Shown in pieces: positions 46,262 through 59,150 of a stretch of DNA of 64,000 nt. This DNA is from Mobula hypostoma (taxonomy: Eukaryota). Below the pieces are notes generated by a model, which saw only the letters and a program-made list of their open reading frames with translations, was not told the DNA's origin and searched no databases. The stretch is from assembly GCF_963921235.1 (NCBI RefSeq), contig NC_086097.1, positions 132,744,001-132,808,000 on the forward strand, written 5' to 3'. Position numbers and translations under genes: made by a program. The number at the start of each line of letters is the position of its first letter. Position 1 is the stretch's first letter.

Positions 46262-47778
46262 ATCATATGAGGAATATTTGATGACTCTGGGCCTGTACTC
46301 ACTGGAATTTAGAAGGATGAGGGGAGATCTCAATGAAACCTTTTAAATTTTGAAAGGTCTGGACAGAGTAGATGGGGAAAGGATGTTTCGCATGATGGTG
46401 GAGTCTAACACAAGAGGGCACAACCTCAGGATAGAGGAGTATCCACTTAAAACAGAGATGCGAAGAAATTTCTTTAGCCGGTGTTTGGTGAATTTGCGGA
46501 ATATGTTACCACAGGCAGCTGTGGAGGCCAGGTTGTAGGGTGTACTTAAGGTGGAGATTGATAAGTTCTTGATTGGCCACAGCATCAAAGGTTACGGGGA
46601 GAAGGCCAGGGAGTGGGACGGAGGAGTGGAAAAAAAGTATCAGCCATGATTGAATGGCAGAACAGAAGTGGTGGGCCAAATGGCCCAATTCTGCCTCCAT
46701 GTCTTATGGCCTTAAAAAACATCTCACACTGTTTTATTTGCACAAATTTACGGTATATTAGCTTTTCATTATTTTATCACTTTCAGTGAATATTGGAATT
46801 TAGAAAGAAATTCTCCAATGCACCTAAACTTGGTTACATCTCAATCTACATTTTGGTTGGCTTTTCATTAGTTGTAGATCTGCTTTATTGTTCAGCATCA
46901 GATGATGCAATGATTGACACTATAACTTCCTGCAAGATTGCCAGATTTCTGCCCCAGGACACAACAGAGGTGATTGAGGGACTGATGTTAAGCAACGTGA
47001 ATCAGATCTGGCCTCTCCTTCCAATATTTCAGTGTGTTCGATCCTTGAATCTCTTATCGCTTGATTATGAACTGAAAAGAAACTCAGCGATGCACAGATG
47101 ATCTGTTATTTTTGGAATGTAAATGGCATACTGTTTTTTTTCCCTAGAGAAATATGCCTCACCTCCTGTTTTTTTTCTCCCAAACTATTGTATTCACAGT
47201 AAAATGTAAAGAGATTAATACTGTGTATTCTAAGAGGCTGTTAGCTCTGCCTGAGGTTGCAGGAACCAGGGAACTAGTGGTTAGACACAAGGTGAACATT
47301 TTTCATTCAAAAGCTTGTGAAATCTTATAGGACTCTATCTAAAAGGGGCTTAGGACACACATTTGAGTTTATTCAAGGTAGAAGAGACCTGGCTCTCTGA
47401 GTTAATTGAGAGACATGGGGACGTGATCTTGTGCTTGAGGAACAACAATGATCTAACTAGAAGGTGAGGCAGGTTCAAACCTTATACTGCATGCTGCATT
47501 TTCATCAGAAGCTACCTAATTTATAACCATCAATTTTCTTAAAGATTATTTATTCCCTCCAGCCCAACTCCAGTGAGACTCCAGGAAACACTGAGCAACA
47601 GATTGTTAAGTTGTTGCTTAAGGAGTATCAGAACATAAGTTTGGTTGATATCAGTTCACAGGCTGAGGATAGCTATGAAATTATTGCAGCGGTAAATGGT
47701 TGCCAGATTATTAAATCTGCTGCCACTGTATCTATGTAAAACTGGTAGTTTTGTGATGATTGTGCAACCATTATTCAA

Positions 47779-48325
47779 CAGAATCAGAATCAGGTTTAAT
47801 ATCACCAGTGTATGTCATGAAATTAATTAACTATACAGCAGCAGTACAATGAAATACAAGATAAATAAATATAAAGAAAAAACTGAATTACATTAAAATT
47901 AATGCAAAAAAACAGTAAAAGAAGTAGTGAGGTAGTGTTCATGGGTTCAATGTCCATTTCGAAATTGGATGGCAGAGGGGAAGAAGCTGTTCCTGAATCG
48001 CTGAGTGTGTACCTTCAGGCTTCTATACCACCTTCCCAATGGTAACAATGAGAAGAAGGCATATCCTGGATGGTGGAGGTCCTTAATGATGCACACCGCC
48101 TTCCTAAGGCACCAATCCTTGAAGATGTCTTTGTTACTACAAAGGCTAGTGTCCATAATGGAGGTGGCTAATTTTACCAGTTTCTCCGACTGACTTCAGT
48201 CTTGTGCAGTAGTGCCCCTCAAACCAGATGGTGATGCAGCCAGTCAGAAAGCTCTCCGCAGCATATTTGTAGAAGTTTTCGAGTGTTTTAGTTGATACAC
48301 TGAATTGCCTCAAACTCCGAATGAT
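47779..48325 (-). mobile_element. Rex1 3' fragment
   Basis: (GAATCA)n tail; IIKDLHHPGYAFFSLLPLGRWYRSL..RFRNSFFPSAI. Confidence 0.85.
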
Positions 48326-48355
48326 GTGAACAACAGGAGAGGAAGGAGAACTTGC

Positions 48356-48612
48356 ATATTTATTTATTTATTGAGATTAAAACGTAGATTAGGCCCTTCA
48401 GGCTCTTCAAGCTGCATCACACAGCAACCCCCAATTTAACACTAACCTCATCACAGGACGAGTAACAATGACCAATTAACCTACCAGCTGGTAGGTCTTT
48501 GAACTGTGGGAGGAAATCGGAGCACCCGGTCACAGTCACAGACAGCGGCAGGAATTGGACCTGGTTCTCTGGTACTGTAAAGCATTGTATTAAAGACTAC
48601 GCAACCATGTCA
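48356..48612 (-). mobile_element. V-SINE
   Basis: (TTTA)n tail; gaccaattaacctacc..tctttgaactgtgggaggaaatcggagcaccc is the reverse V domain. Confidence 0.8.
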
Positions 48613-49699
48613 CTCTATGAGAGGTATCTAGCCTAAGCAAGTTCAGGATGTTAGCAGCATAATGTGTAGCTTGAAAATGAACAGATGAGTGACAGTGATA
48701 TGGAGCATAGTTTGAACTTAATCCCAAGGACATTTGTAGTCATTTTCAAGCCAAAAGTTGTAAAGGCTTGAGGTACCATACAAACTAGAACAGTAAGCCA
48801 ATTATCCCCTTGAGCTATTTAATAACATCACGTCAATTTGATTGAAAGCTTAATTCTGTATACTCTTAACAGTTAGAAATCTAGTTGAAAAGTCTAGCGA
48901 GAGTATAGTATTCGATCCTGAATGTAGGATCTGAGATCTTGTGATGATTGGCTGTCACGTGACAATTCAGGGCATCAAGAAAGTGAAAAAGGTCCAAAGG
49001 CCTTGGCAAAATTGGACTATGTTGAGAGGTTTTGGGGATGCTTGAGCTGTTGTTAGGTACAACACATTCAGAGCATTGGCTGTGTAGAAATATCACAACA
49101 TCTGGCTTGTGATGTGAGATGAAAAATCAGGAAATATTTTACAAAGAAAAACATGCCTCTCAGCATAAATACTTTATTGATCATACTTTGTTGGAACATG
49201 TGACGATCATGAAATGTGGTACGGAATATGAGGTGCCAGAAATTACTTTTTACCTGAAACAGTGCCTAAACATAACAACAGGCGTAAGCCACTCGGCCCC
49301 TCAATCCTACCCCACCATATAATATGATCATGGATGATAGGCCCCAGGCCTTTGTGCTAGTTCCACACTGCTCTGGATTCCCCAAACCTTCAAAAAATTA
49401 CCTGTGGTTTCTCTTTGTCTCTTAACCCTTTAGATTGGCCACTAATATGCAGAATGGACACAGTTTATTTTGCTCTTTCTTTAGTTTATTTTCCTCCCGC
49501 TGTTGAACACCAAAAATTATTCATCATCTCAAAATGCTGTTTCAATCCAGTGATGAGCACTGGGCCAATATTTGTTTTGTGCCTGGATCTTCTTCCTGCA
49601 CTAATATTCTCTTCAATAATTCTATGTCCAACGCATCATGCCCAGTGGAATCAGCAAAAGGTGTGTTGTAAACACAAAAACACCTTACTCAGGTGGAAC

Positions 49700-50285
49700 A
49701 CAGTGTGGCTGCAATGGAGAGAGGTAGAAAAGGTGGGAATTTGGGTTAAGGAGATAAGGAGATTGAGTGGTGGGTGTAGAGATTGGAAGAATAGGGAAAA
49801 GCATGATTTGTTGCTGCTAAATGCAGACAGTTGTGGACACAGCTCAGCACATGATAGAAACTAACCTCCCCTCCATGGACTCTGACTATATTTCGTACTG
49901 CCTCAGAAAAGCAGTCAGCATAATTAAAGACCCCACTCACTCCAGATATTCTTTCTTTTCTATCCTTCCATCAGGCAGAGATAGAAAAACCTGAAAGCAC
50001 TTACCATCAGGATCAAGGATAGCTTCTACTCCACTTTGTAGGACTACCAAACAGTCCTTTTGTACAACAGAGTGGAATTTTGATCTCACAATCTACTTTG
50101 TCATGGTCTTCCTTTTTAATGTCAGCCTACACTGCTCTTCCTACACTTTCTCTTTAATTGTAACACTCTATTCTGCATTCTGTTACTGTTTTCCTCAATG
50201 TACTGATGTGATGAAATGAGTAGTATGGATGGCATACAAAACAATGGTTGTCACTGTACCTCAGAATGAGTGAGAATAATAAACC
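49700..50285 (+). mobile_element. Degenerate Rex1 3' fragment
   Basis: aaagcagtcagcataattaaagacccc..cttccatcaggcagagat..; aataaacc end. Confidence 0.65.
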
Positions 50286-50309
50286 AACATAGGGGGAAAC
50301 GTCATAACT

Positions 50310-50982
50310 TGTAGGTAGAGTCGGTGGTGAGGAAGGCAAATGCAATGTTAACATTCATTTCAAGAAGTCTAGAATGCAGGGACAGGGACGTGACGTTGAG
50401 GCTTTATAAGGCACTGGTGAGGCCTCACCTTGAGTATTGCTGAGAGTTCTGGGCTCCTCATCTAAGAAAATATGTGCTGGCATTGGAAAGAGTTCAGAGG
50501 AGGTTCACAAGGATGATGCCAGGAATGAAAGGGTTATCATACAAGGAACGTTTGATAGCTCAGGTCTGTACTCGCTGGAACTTAGAAGGATGCGGGGGAG
50601 GGGGGGAGGATCTCATTGGAACCTTTCGAATGTTGGAAGGCCTAGACAGAATAGATGTGTAATTAATGTTTTGCATGGTGGGGTGTCTAGGACAAGAGGG
50701 CCCAGCCTCAGAATAGAGGGGTGTCCATGTAAAATAAAGATGTGGAGAAATTTCTTTAGTCAGAGGGTGGTGAATTTGTGGCAGCTGTGGAGGCCAGATC
50801 ATTGGGTGTATTTAAGGCAGAGATTGATAGGTTCTTGACTGCACATGGCATCAAAGGTTACTGGGTGAAGGCCGTGGAGTGGGGCTGAGGAGGAGATAGA
50901 AAAAGATCAGCTATGTTTGAATGGCAGAGTAGACTTGATGGGCCAAATAGCCCAATTCTATTCCTATGTCTTATGGTCTTAT
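50310..50982 (+). mobile_element. CR1 3' fragment
   Basis: LALERVQRRFTRMMPGMKGLSYKERL; gtcttatggtctt tail; same subfamily as 44528-46713. Confidence 0.9.
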
Positions 50983-51419
50983 TTATTGGGAGGTATGACT
51001 GGACGGCAGAAGCTCAGTGATGAGAGAGATGAAGAGACCCACAATGAGCAGGGGTTGGCAGCAGCTAGTGCATAAGAGTGATCAGTCAGCAAGTTTCAGA
51101 ATTTAAGAGTCAGGCTGTTGCTTTGAGCAGTCTTCACATTTTCTGCACAAATAGCCCTCTCTCTACACGGGCTCAAATTAATTTGGCGGACAAATTACCA
51201 AAACGTACACTGTTTACCTATGCACTTCTCTGGACTGTTACAAAGGCATGAACTGTGCAAAAACCGATCTGGTCAAGATCTTGCATGTCTTTACTGACAG
51301 CTGATAGACAACAGTATTAATGGTGAATACACTTGAAAAGTTTTCATTTGTTGATCATTTTTGTTCTAATTGGCTTGTATACCTTAAAGAACAAAAATAT
51401 ATTCTGGCTATAATGCTTG

Positions 51420-51790
51420 TTCCACATACCTAGCAGCACCCTTGATGTGGAAAAGCTGCCTCTCAGATCCTCTTTACATATTTCCCCTATCACCTTAAAC
51501 TTCAAGTTTTAGACTCCCCTAGCCTAGTAAAAAACTGACCATCAACCTTATCTATGCCACTTATTATTTTATACACCTCATACAAGGTCACTCCTCAGCC
51601 TCATACACACCAGGAGAAAAGTCCCTATCCAGTCTCTCCTTCTAACTCAAGCCCTCCATTCCTAACAACATCCTTATGATTTTTTTTTCCTGCACCTTTT
51701 CCAGTTTAACACATCCTTCCCACAGCTAGGAGATCAGGACTGCATTCGATACTCCGAATGTGCTCCCACCAATATCTTGTAGAGTTGAAA
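51420..51790 (-). mobile_element. CR1 fragment
   Basis: Reverse of CR1 C-terminal sequence (aggtcactcctcagcc, ctcaagccctccattcc, tactccgaatgtg). Confidence 0.7.
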
Positions 51791-51899
51791 ATTTGTGTAG
51801 TCAAGTACATTCTTGCAAAATCAAGAGAAGTATATATAGATTAAAATAATTAAATTTTTTTTTGATATTTTATAAAGTTTCAATCTTGCTTGTGAGTAA

Positions 51900-52376
51900 C
51901 AGTTATCCGGGTGTTGGTCTGCTGAACAGCTGGGAGCCGCTGAGAGCATCGCAGACTGATATGGAGGCTTCAATGCACAGTAGTGCAAGAAGACGCAGAG
52001 GGTTGTAGACACAATCAGCTCCATCATGGGCACACCCCCCTCCACCACATGGACATCAGCAGAGTCGTTGCCTGCAGGTGGCATGTCCATCCTCAAGAAC
52101 CATCAATATACGTGATAGGCCCTTTTTTATTACTACCATTGAGGGGGAGTTACAGGAGCCTGAAGATCCACACTCGAATTCACGAGCTCCTTCCCCTCCA
52201 CCATAAGATTTCCGAATGGTTCATGAACCCATGAAGGCACCATCATGATTCCTTTATTTTCCACTATTTATTTTAGTGATTTTATCACAATTGTATATCT
52301 TTACACTATACTTCTTCCACAAAACAACACATTTCACATAATCCAAGTCGGCAATAATCAATCTGATTCAGATTCT
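51900..52376 (+). mobile_element. Rex1 3' fragment
   Basis: LLLPLRGSYRSLKIHT; (GATTC)n-like tail at ~52365. Confidence 0.75.
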
Positions 52377-52878
52377 AAAGTAAATCTGCCCTGGGTGACT
52401 GTCTTACTTCATTTCTTTAAACATCTGTGTGTGTTCTCTGGCACTATCTAGGGGATTGCACTTCGCATATTTGAGAGATCTTTTGTGATGCCCTATGATT
52501 CCACACGAAATTTCACCAAAGTGAGCAAACTCTGCTGGAAATGCATCACCTAATGATCCAGTTTCTCATGTCATTTCCCATGATCTGCCACAAGAGGTCA
52601 TTATAGGCACAGACTGCGTTGGGATGCACAATTAAAACCTATGCAAAAAAAACTGCTTCTGTGCTGCAAACTTTGGGTCTTTCAGGTTGCAAAAGACACT
52701 TTTTCCAACTTTACAGCCGTGTTAATGCTCTACACAAGAAAATAAAAATAAAGTGCCTTTCAGAGAAGTCTGTAGCTTTTCGGATGATGCTGTGTCCAAT
52801 TGATTTCCCATCATGTTGGTGAATAATATGTTTTGAGTTGTTGTATTTTGTCCTTGCAGCAGAGTAATGAGTTTGAAG

Positions 52879-53337
52879 TAGTTTTGCCAACTTTCTCACT
52901 CCCAAATAAGGGACAAAAATAGCAGTCAAATACGGGACACTTGTGTTTACCACGAGAAAGACTACCATGACCATGAAGCCTTGCGCGGGCACCTGTGTGC
53001 GCATGCGTGTATGTGCTGATCTTTTTCTACAAATTGGTTTTGGCTTCATCTTCCCGATTCTGCTTTTACTATATGCTAGTGTTATTTTAGGTTTTACGTT
53101 TTATTTGGTATAATTCAGTAGGTTATCTTTTGGGTCTGGGAACGCTCAAAAATTTTTCCCATATAAATTAATGGTAATTCCTCCTTCGCTTTACGTCATT
53201 TCGGCTTATGAACGGTTTCATAGGAACGCTCTACCTTAGTGGGGGAAATACGGGACAAGGGCAGTCCCGTATGGGACAATCCAATTTAGCCCAATATACG
53301 GGATGTCCCGGCTAATACGGGACAGTTGGGAAGCCTA
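52879..53337. mobile_element. Non-autonomous hAT DNA transposon (MITE)
   Basis: Imperfect TIRs tagttttgccaact / agttgggaagccta (TAGGGTTGCCA type); 8-bp TSD gtttgaag / gactgaag (6/8); repeated subterminal TACGGGAC motifs. Confidence 0.8.
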
Positions 53338-53625
53338 GACTGAAGCCTACCAAGGGAACTGTGCAAGTTAAATTTAGTTAATTAAAGAAAATATGGGAAA
53401 AAGATGGTAATGTTAACTGTAATGGCCAGGAACATCCTGGACTGCTTTGCAAACCTATAAATGACTGAAGTTCTTAAGAGAAGAAAACCTCTCCGTCTTA
53501 GTTTGTCATAGTCACAGAGAAGAAGTAACACAGCACAGAAATCAGACTTCTGGCCCATCTTGTCCATATTCATGCATCAAGTACCCATCAATACTACCTG
53601 TACTGTGCCTGTAAGTCTATATTCT

Positions 53626-54450
53626 GCTGAGTCTGCATACAGACGGGTGGTGGAACGGCTGGCCCTCTGGTGTGGTCAGGACAATCTGGAGCTAAATATG
53701 CTCAAGACTGTGGAGATGACAGTGGACTTCAGGAGGAGGCCCCCAATACTCCCCCCACTCACTATACTCAACAGTATTGTGTCAGCTGTGGAGACCTTCA
53801 GGTTTCTGGGTGTCACAATCTTCCAGGACCTGAAATGGACACCCAACACGGACACTCATATCAAAAAGGCTCAGCAGAGGTTGTATTGCCTAGGTCAACT
53901 CAGGAAGTTCAACCTGCCTCAGGAGCTGCTGATTCAATTCCATTCAGGAATAATCCAGTCTGTTCTCTGTTCGTCCAACACTGTCTGGTTTGGATCAGCT
54001 ACCAAACAAGACAAGAATAGACTCCAAAGAACCGTCAGGGCTGCAGAAAGGATTATTGGTGTGAAGCTGCCCTCGATCCAGGACTTATATGCATCTAGAG
54101 TCAGGAAGCGAGCAAGCAGCATCATTGTAGACCCATCACACCCTGGACATCACCTGATCTAACTCCTTCCTTCTGGTAGGTGCTTTAGATCACTGTATGC
54201 CAGGACAAATAGGTACAAGGACAGTTTCTTTCCGTATGCCGTCAGTCTTATGAACACTTGAATTTTAGTCTATTATAAACCAAGTCCACCTGTACATACA
54301 CAGGTATACCTCATTGTATATAGTTCATGATTATTTGCACTATTGTTTTGTTTGCTTTTTGATTCTTTACAGCGAGAGCTCAGGGAAACCGGCATCAAAT
54401 TGCCTGTATGTGTCCACATACTTGGCGATAATAAAGGATACTGATTCTGT
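53626..54450 (+). mobile_element. Rex1/Babar LINE 3' part, relatively well preserved
   Basis: ORF to 54162: ESAYRRVVERLALWC..LNMLKTVEMTVDFRR..FRFLG..KKAQQRLY; aataaaggatactgattctg end. Confidence 0.92.
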
Positions 54451-54647
54451 ATTGTTTTGCTTTTTGCACTACCTCAGTGTGCTTATATAAGGAATGATTT
54501 GATTGGATAGCATGCAAACAAATGCTTAACAGAAATAATAAACAGTTATTCACTTATCAGCATTTAGTCCACAGTGTTCTATATCTCAGCAAGTCAAGTG
54601 CATGTTCAGATATTTCTTATGTGTTATGAGAGACTGTACCTCCATCT

Positions 54648-54872
54648 CCTGCCGCTGTCCAAAAGGAGTTTGTATGTTCTTCTGGTGACCGTGTGGGTTT
54701 TTTTCGGGTGCTCCAGTTTCCTCCCTCAGTCCAAAGATGTACCAGTTGGTAGGTTAATTGGTCATTGTAAATTGTCCCGTGACTAGGCTAGGTTTAAATT
54801 GGGGGATTGCTGAGTGGCAAGGCTCGTAGAACTGGAAGGGCCTGTTCTACGCCGTATTTCAATAAATAAATA
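54648..54872 (+). mobile_element. V-SINE, 5'-truncated
   Basis: gggtgctccagtttcctccctcagtccaaaga V domain; (TAAA)n tail. Confidence 0.85.
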
Positions 54873-55300
54873 AATATTCCTCTTTATTTTTTACAGCTGC
54901 TCAGACCAACTGTTGCTCTGAGCAGGAAATTTTTTACACGGCCTGAAAACGCCGCAGCACTTTAAATGGTGTCACCGTTCAGTGCCAGCAGTTTATTAAC
55001 AATGAGCTACCAACTTTCATTCACTGATTATTGTAACAATTTCTAAGTATTGAAACTTGAAGCAATGACTATGTACTTTGAAGCTCTAAAATGGTTCAAA
55101 GTAAAGGTTATTATTTAGGTAATTCATGAATTATTTTCATTAACACATAAATAATTACAGGGTATTTCACAATTATGTTAACATAGATTTCAAAATTATA
55201 TTAACATTATATAAAAGAAAATTCTAGCTGCGCACAACAAACACGGGAGTATTTCAGTTACTGAGTGGCTGCGCACCCGAGCAGCATAGAGGGAACAATG
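54872..55300. mobile_element. Putative hAT-type MITE
   Basis: Right terminus agagggaacaatg and degraded left aaatattcctct (CAnTGTTCCCTCT type); repeated ctgcgcac subterminal motif. Confidence 0.55.
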
Positions 55301-57887
55301 TCAAACGCCCACTCAGAGAGTGCGTCCCAGATTCCAAACATTCTCTGAGTGAAACAAAAGCTGTTCCTCAGATCCTTTCTGATCTTTTCTCATTATCCTA
55401 AACCTATGCCTCTGGTTATAAACACTTCTATATAAAAGGGCCCTTTCCATTATCCATCCCTTCACTGCCCTTCATGATCATTAGATTCTACCTCCTCAGC
55501 TGCCTTTGCTTCAAAGGAAATAAGCCCAAAGGAAACACACCATCCCAGGCAACATCCTGGTGAATCTTCCCTCAAGCATATTCTTCCTTTGGTAAGAAAA
55601 CCAGAACTGCTCAGAAGTCCAATTGCGGCTCAGTCAATGTTTAATAAAATAGTACTGTGATCTTTGTGCTCTTATATTCAAGGCCTTAGATAATGAATGC
55701 AAGCATCCTGTAAATGGACAGAATTCACATGGAGTTTGGGTTTACCTTCTGAAGAAACTTACTCTTTATTTTCAAGGGGGCACCAACAAGGAGAGTCACT
55801 TGTCATGGAATGAGTGCTCCTTCATCTAAATTTTCCATTATTCTTATACTATTTCAATATATAATTTTTCTCTGCATCTCCACCCCACATGCACTATGTA
55901 TACATAGAGTGAAGTAAGCCTTTTACAGAGTCAGGCTTCATTGCCTATGCAATGTGAGCCAGGTTCACTTCAGTCTTTACCTTATTCAGTATGTACAGTG
56001 CCAAGCTTCCTTCTCTGAGTTTATGGGATTGCTGTTAGGCCTTTGACAATAATGAGCTCACCTTAGCCTGTAGTGTGCGGTTCAGTCCAGTTTGAACTAG
56101 TTCCAGAATTTCTCTGCCTGGTACCAAATCCACAGCGACCCCCTATCTCTCTGCTACATGATCACCCCCTTGTTCTTTACTACATATCCCATGTGCTTTC
56201 TTCATCACCTTATTCATCTGTGCTGCAACCATTAGAGATCCATGGATATGTCAACTAAGGTCTCTGTTCCTCAATACTCCTTGGACTGACTTGTTCTACA
56301 TTTGATAGATCACCCACTGTCCCCATCAAAGAAATAATGCATCCTTATCAGGCTTAAATTCCATGTGCTAATGCTCCATCCAGCTTACCAGCTGGTCAGT
56401 ATTCTACAGATTCACAGCCCTTGTCAGCATCAACAAGCCACTAGTTTTTACATTATTTGCAAACTTGCTAGTCACGCCTCCAACTTTCACATCAAGTCAT
56501 GAAGGACTAAAGTGCTGACATCAATTACTGTATTACACTATTGGTTGTAGTGTGTTTAATATTTCAGTAATATTTGAGTAATATTGTAGATATGTTGTCC
56601 GATTCTTGGTTTGTTTGCATAATTTATTACAAGTTATATCTAAGAAACACGTGAATGGCATGGGTGATTATGTCACTATATCATAACTGAGCACCTCACT
56701 AAAGAAAAACTAAGTATTTAAAATATCCAAACCCCTGTGTTTATCTTTTGATTAGTTTCTGGAGTCACAAAACATAACAGTGCAATGAGGAAGTTTTAAA
56801 ATGAACCCGTAATGACAATCTACCTGTTGAGGCACTGCACACTTTCCTTCAGAAGGGGAGAGAGACGTTCGAGTTTTTAAAAAAGCCATGGGTTCATAAG
56901 CAGTGAGTGTCAGGTAATAATAATAAATAAGTAAATAAATAGATGAAATAATTGGCTACATTAGAAGGATAGATGCGATCGACTGCACAAAAAAAAACTG
57001 GATAATGTATACTGAACGAATTGAGTAGATTTTGAAGCAAATGAAATAATCTATGAAAACTGTTCCTGAGTGCAATAGGTGGAAAAGAAAAGCATTATTT
57101 GCTTAGAAATTTACCTGTTCTAACCAAACCAGCTAAAATGAATTTTGCTGTATCTTGAATGTAATACAGGAATATTTTGAACCAAAACTATTGTTTATTG
57201 CAGAATGCTTTAGGTTTCATAAGGAGAATCAGAATGGAGAGGAGTCTATTACAGTTACGTGACTGAACTGAAGACATTGTACAAGCATTGTCAGTTCACT
57301 GATGAGCTTAATGACACATTAAGAGATCGTTTAGTTTGTGGAATCTTACAAGAATGCATTCAAAAACGGCTCCTAACTGAAGCACAACTCACATTTAAAA
57401 GAGCAGTTGAAATCACTGTATCAATGAAAACAGAAGCCAGAGATGCAATTGAGTTTCTGTCAGGAATGAAAGGGAATGTGAAGAAAATTGCAACGTTTAA
57501 ACAGAAACCTGCCTGGCTGAACAGATTGTGTTACCTTTATGGCAGGGGCTCACATATACCAGATCAATTCAGATTTAAACATGAAAGTTGCAGAAAATGC
57601 AACAAAGCGGGACACACTCTAAGAGCATGTCAGGCAGACAAAAATAAAGGACTGCACAGGGAAGAGAACACCTGCATGCTGTTGATGAAAAATCTGATAA
57701 TGAGAGTGAGACTGAGTAGTCTTGAGAGTTACAATGTGAAAACTAACAAGAGCCAAGCAAGATGGCTTACACCAGAAGTAAATTATAAACAGCAAATTAT
57801 TTAAAATGGATTCGGACACAAGCTCGGCTGTTTCAGTCATTCCACAAAATGTGTCTGAACAGCATTTCAAAGATATTGATCTGAATC

Positions 57888-58114
57888 CTGTATGTAAGGA
57901 GATTGTACACTCTTATTATGACCATGAGGTTTTCCTCTGGATGGTCCAGTTTCCTCCCTCAGTCCAAAGACATACTGTACCGATTGGTGGATTAATTGAT
58001 CATTGTAAATTGTCCCATGATCAGGACAGTGTTAAATCAGGGGTTCCTGGGTGGTGTGGTTCAAACGGCTAGAAGGATCTATTCTGTGATGTATCTCAAT
58101 AAATAAATAAGTAA
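57888..58114 (+). mobile_element. V-SINE, 5'-truncated, inside Gypsy B2 protease region
   Basis: V domain tttcctccctcagtccaaagac; (TAAA)n tail. Confidence 0.8.
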
Positions 58115-58208
58115 ATCCAACTAAGAATGTATACTGAAGAAAAGACAACTCATGTAGGAATGACAGTCATAACAGCGAAATACGACAACCAACAACCAAC
58201 ACTGGACA

Positions 58209-58929
58209 TGTCATAATGAGGGGCGTTGGGAACGGATCCAAATGCAAGACACAGGCACTGAAGTACTAGGAACAGGAACGGACAAAACTAAATGACAGGA
58301 CAGGACACAGACTAGGAGTAAGGACAGGAACACAGACTAGGCTAGGGAAGCAGGACCAGGACGAGGGATTGGGAACAAGGAACCTGGCCATGGACTCCGA
58401 GCCAGAGACTGGACAAGGACCCAGAACCTGGGTCTTGACTCAGGCTCGGACCCCAAAACTAGGCAAAGACGTGACGAGGCTTGGGTTCTTGGAGACCAGG
58501 CAAAGACGTGACGAGGCTTGGGTACTTCGAGGCAACTCCTGGGCAGGACACGGGACAGGGAGGGATAGACCCACCCGCAGGGTAACAGCAAACGGCCTGG
58601 CTTACCTGACAGAGGCAAGGGACAGGAAGGGAGCTCGCTCCTGGGTGGCTCCAAGACTCGAGGTGGCCGGTAACCTTGGCGGGCTGCAGAACAGCCAAAT
58701 CCATATCTCGATGACTGCACCAGCCTTCCACCAGTTGGTTGCTCCAAGGGGAGACTGGTGAGACGACCCAGCAACCACACTCCATCCCAGGGCCACTTAT
58801 ATTCCCAGCCCCAAGATGAGCATCAGGTGCTTATGGTTAAGTCCAACTGAAACAAGGGACAGCCGGAAGACCCGGAGTCCGCGGGCTGGAACATGAACCA
58901 GAATGCAGACTTCGGACCGCATCATGACA
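58209..58929 (-). mobile_element. Solo LTR (Gypsy family C), copy 2
   Basis: TGTCAT...ATGACA termini; perfect TSD GGACA (58204-58208 / 58930-58934); homologous to 19738-20692. Confidence 0.92.
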
Positions 58930-59150
58930 GGACATGCATATGGTTACAGCAGAAAGTCAGCATTCTGGGACTGTGATTGACTGGGACAACTGCAACTTGA
59001 TTAGAGATTCATCCACCAGTATGCAAGCCTCATCCCCTGCAATAGAGTCAAATGCAACTGAATTAAGAAAGATAATGGATGGTGCCACAATACTCTTTAA
59101 GGATGGTATTTGAAAACTCAGACATGCAGTATCAAGTATAAAATAGTGTT

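Larger units (their letters stand above)
44528..46713 (+). mobile_element. CR1 LINE (5'-truncated) carrying two nested inserts
   Basis: KDLDRL.E.ARKWQ continues after 45470 as MKYNVGKCM..KVNLQVESMMRKANAMLAFIS and ends gtcttatggcc. Confidence 0.88.
41873..46752 (+). mobile_element. Gypsy family A copy 2 (gag, RNaseH end, integrase; PR-RT deleted), 3' LTR split by a CR1 nest
   Basis: 5' LTR 41873-42083; PBS TGGTGACCCC at 42085; gag CFYYAHFGRNVRKCRPPC; YISEFTSDMRYVKGKNNAIADCLSR; integrase TRWPEVVPL, SDRGPQL, HTTAYHPQSN; PPT 44342-44349; 3' LTR 44353-44527 plus 46714-46752; TSD GTAT (41869-41872 / 46753-46756). Confidence 0.93.
54510..56540 (-). mobile_element. Old CR1 fragment(s) interrupted by a SINE and a MITE
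   Basis: Reverse CR1 blocks (cctaaacctatgcctctgg, ccaggcaacatcctggtgaatct, taaattccatgtgc, tttgcaaactt). Confidence 0.6.

Noticed and set aside
46793..47101. 102-aa ORF in unique sequence
   Set aside because: Non-ATG start, no recognisable motif and no clear splice signals; consistent with chance.
54880..55290. AT-rich segment that first looked like a conserved enhancer
   Set aside because: It is bounded by TIR-like ends and interrupts a CR1, so a MITE is the better explanation.
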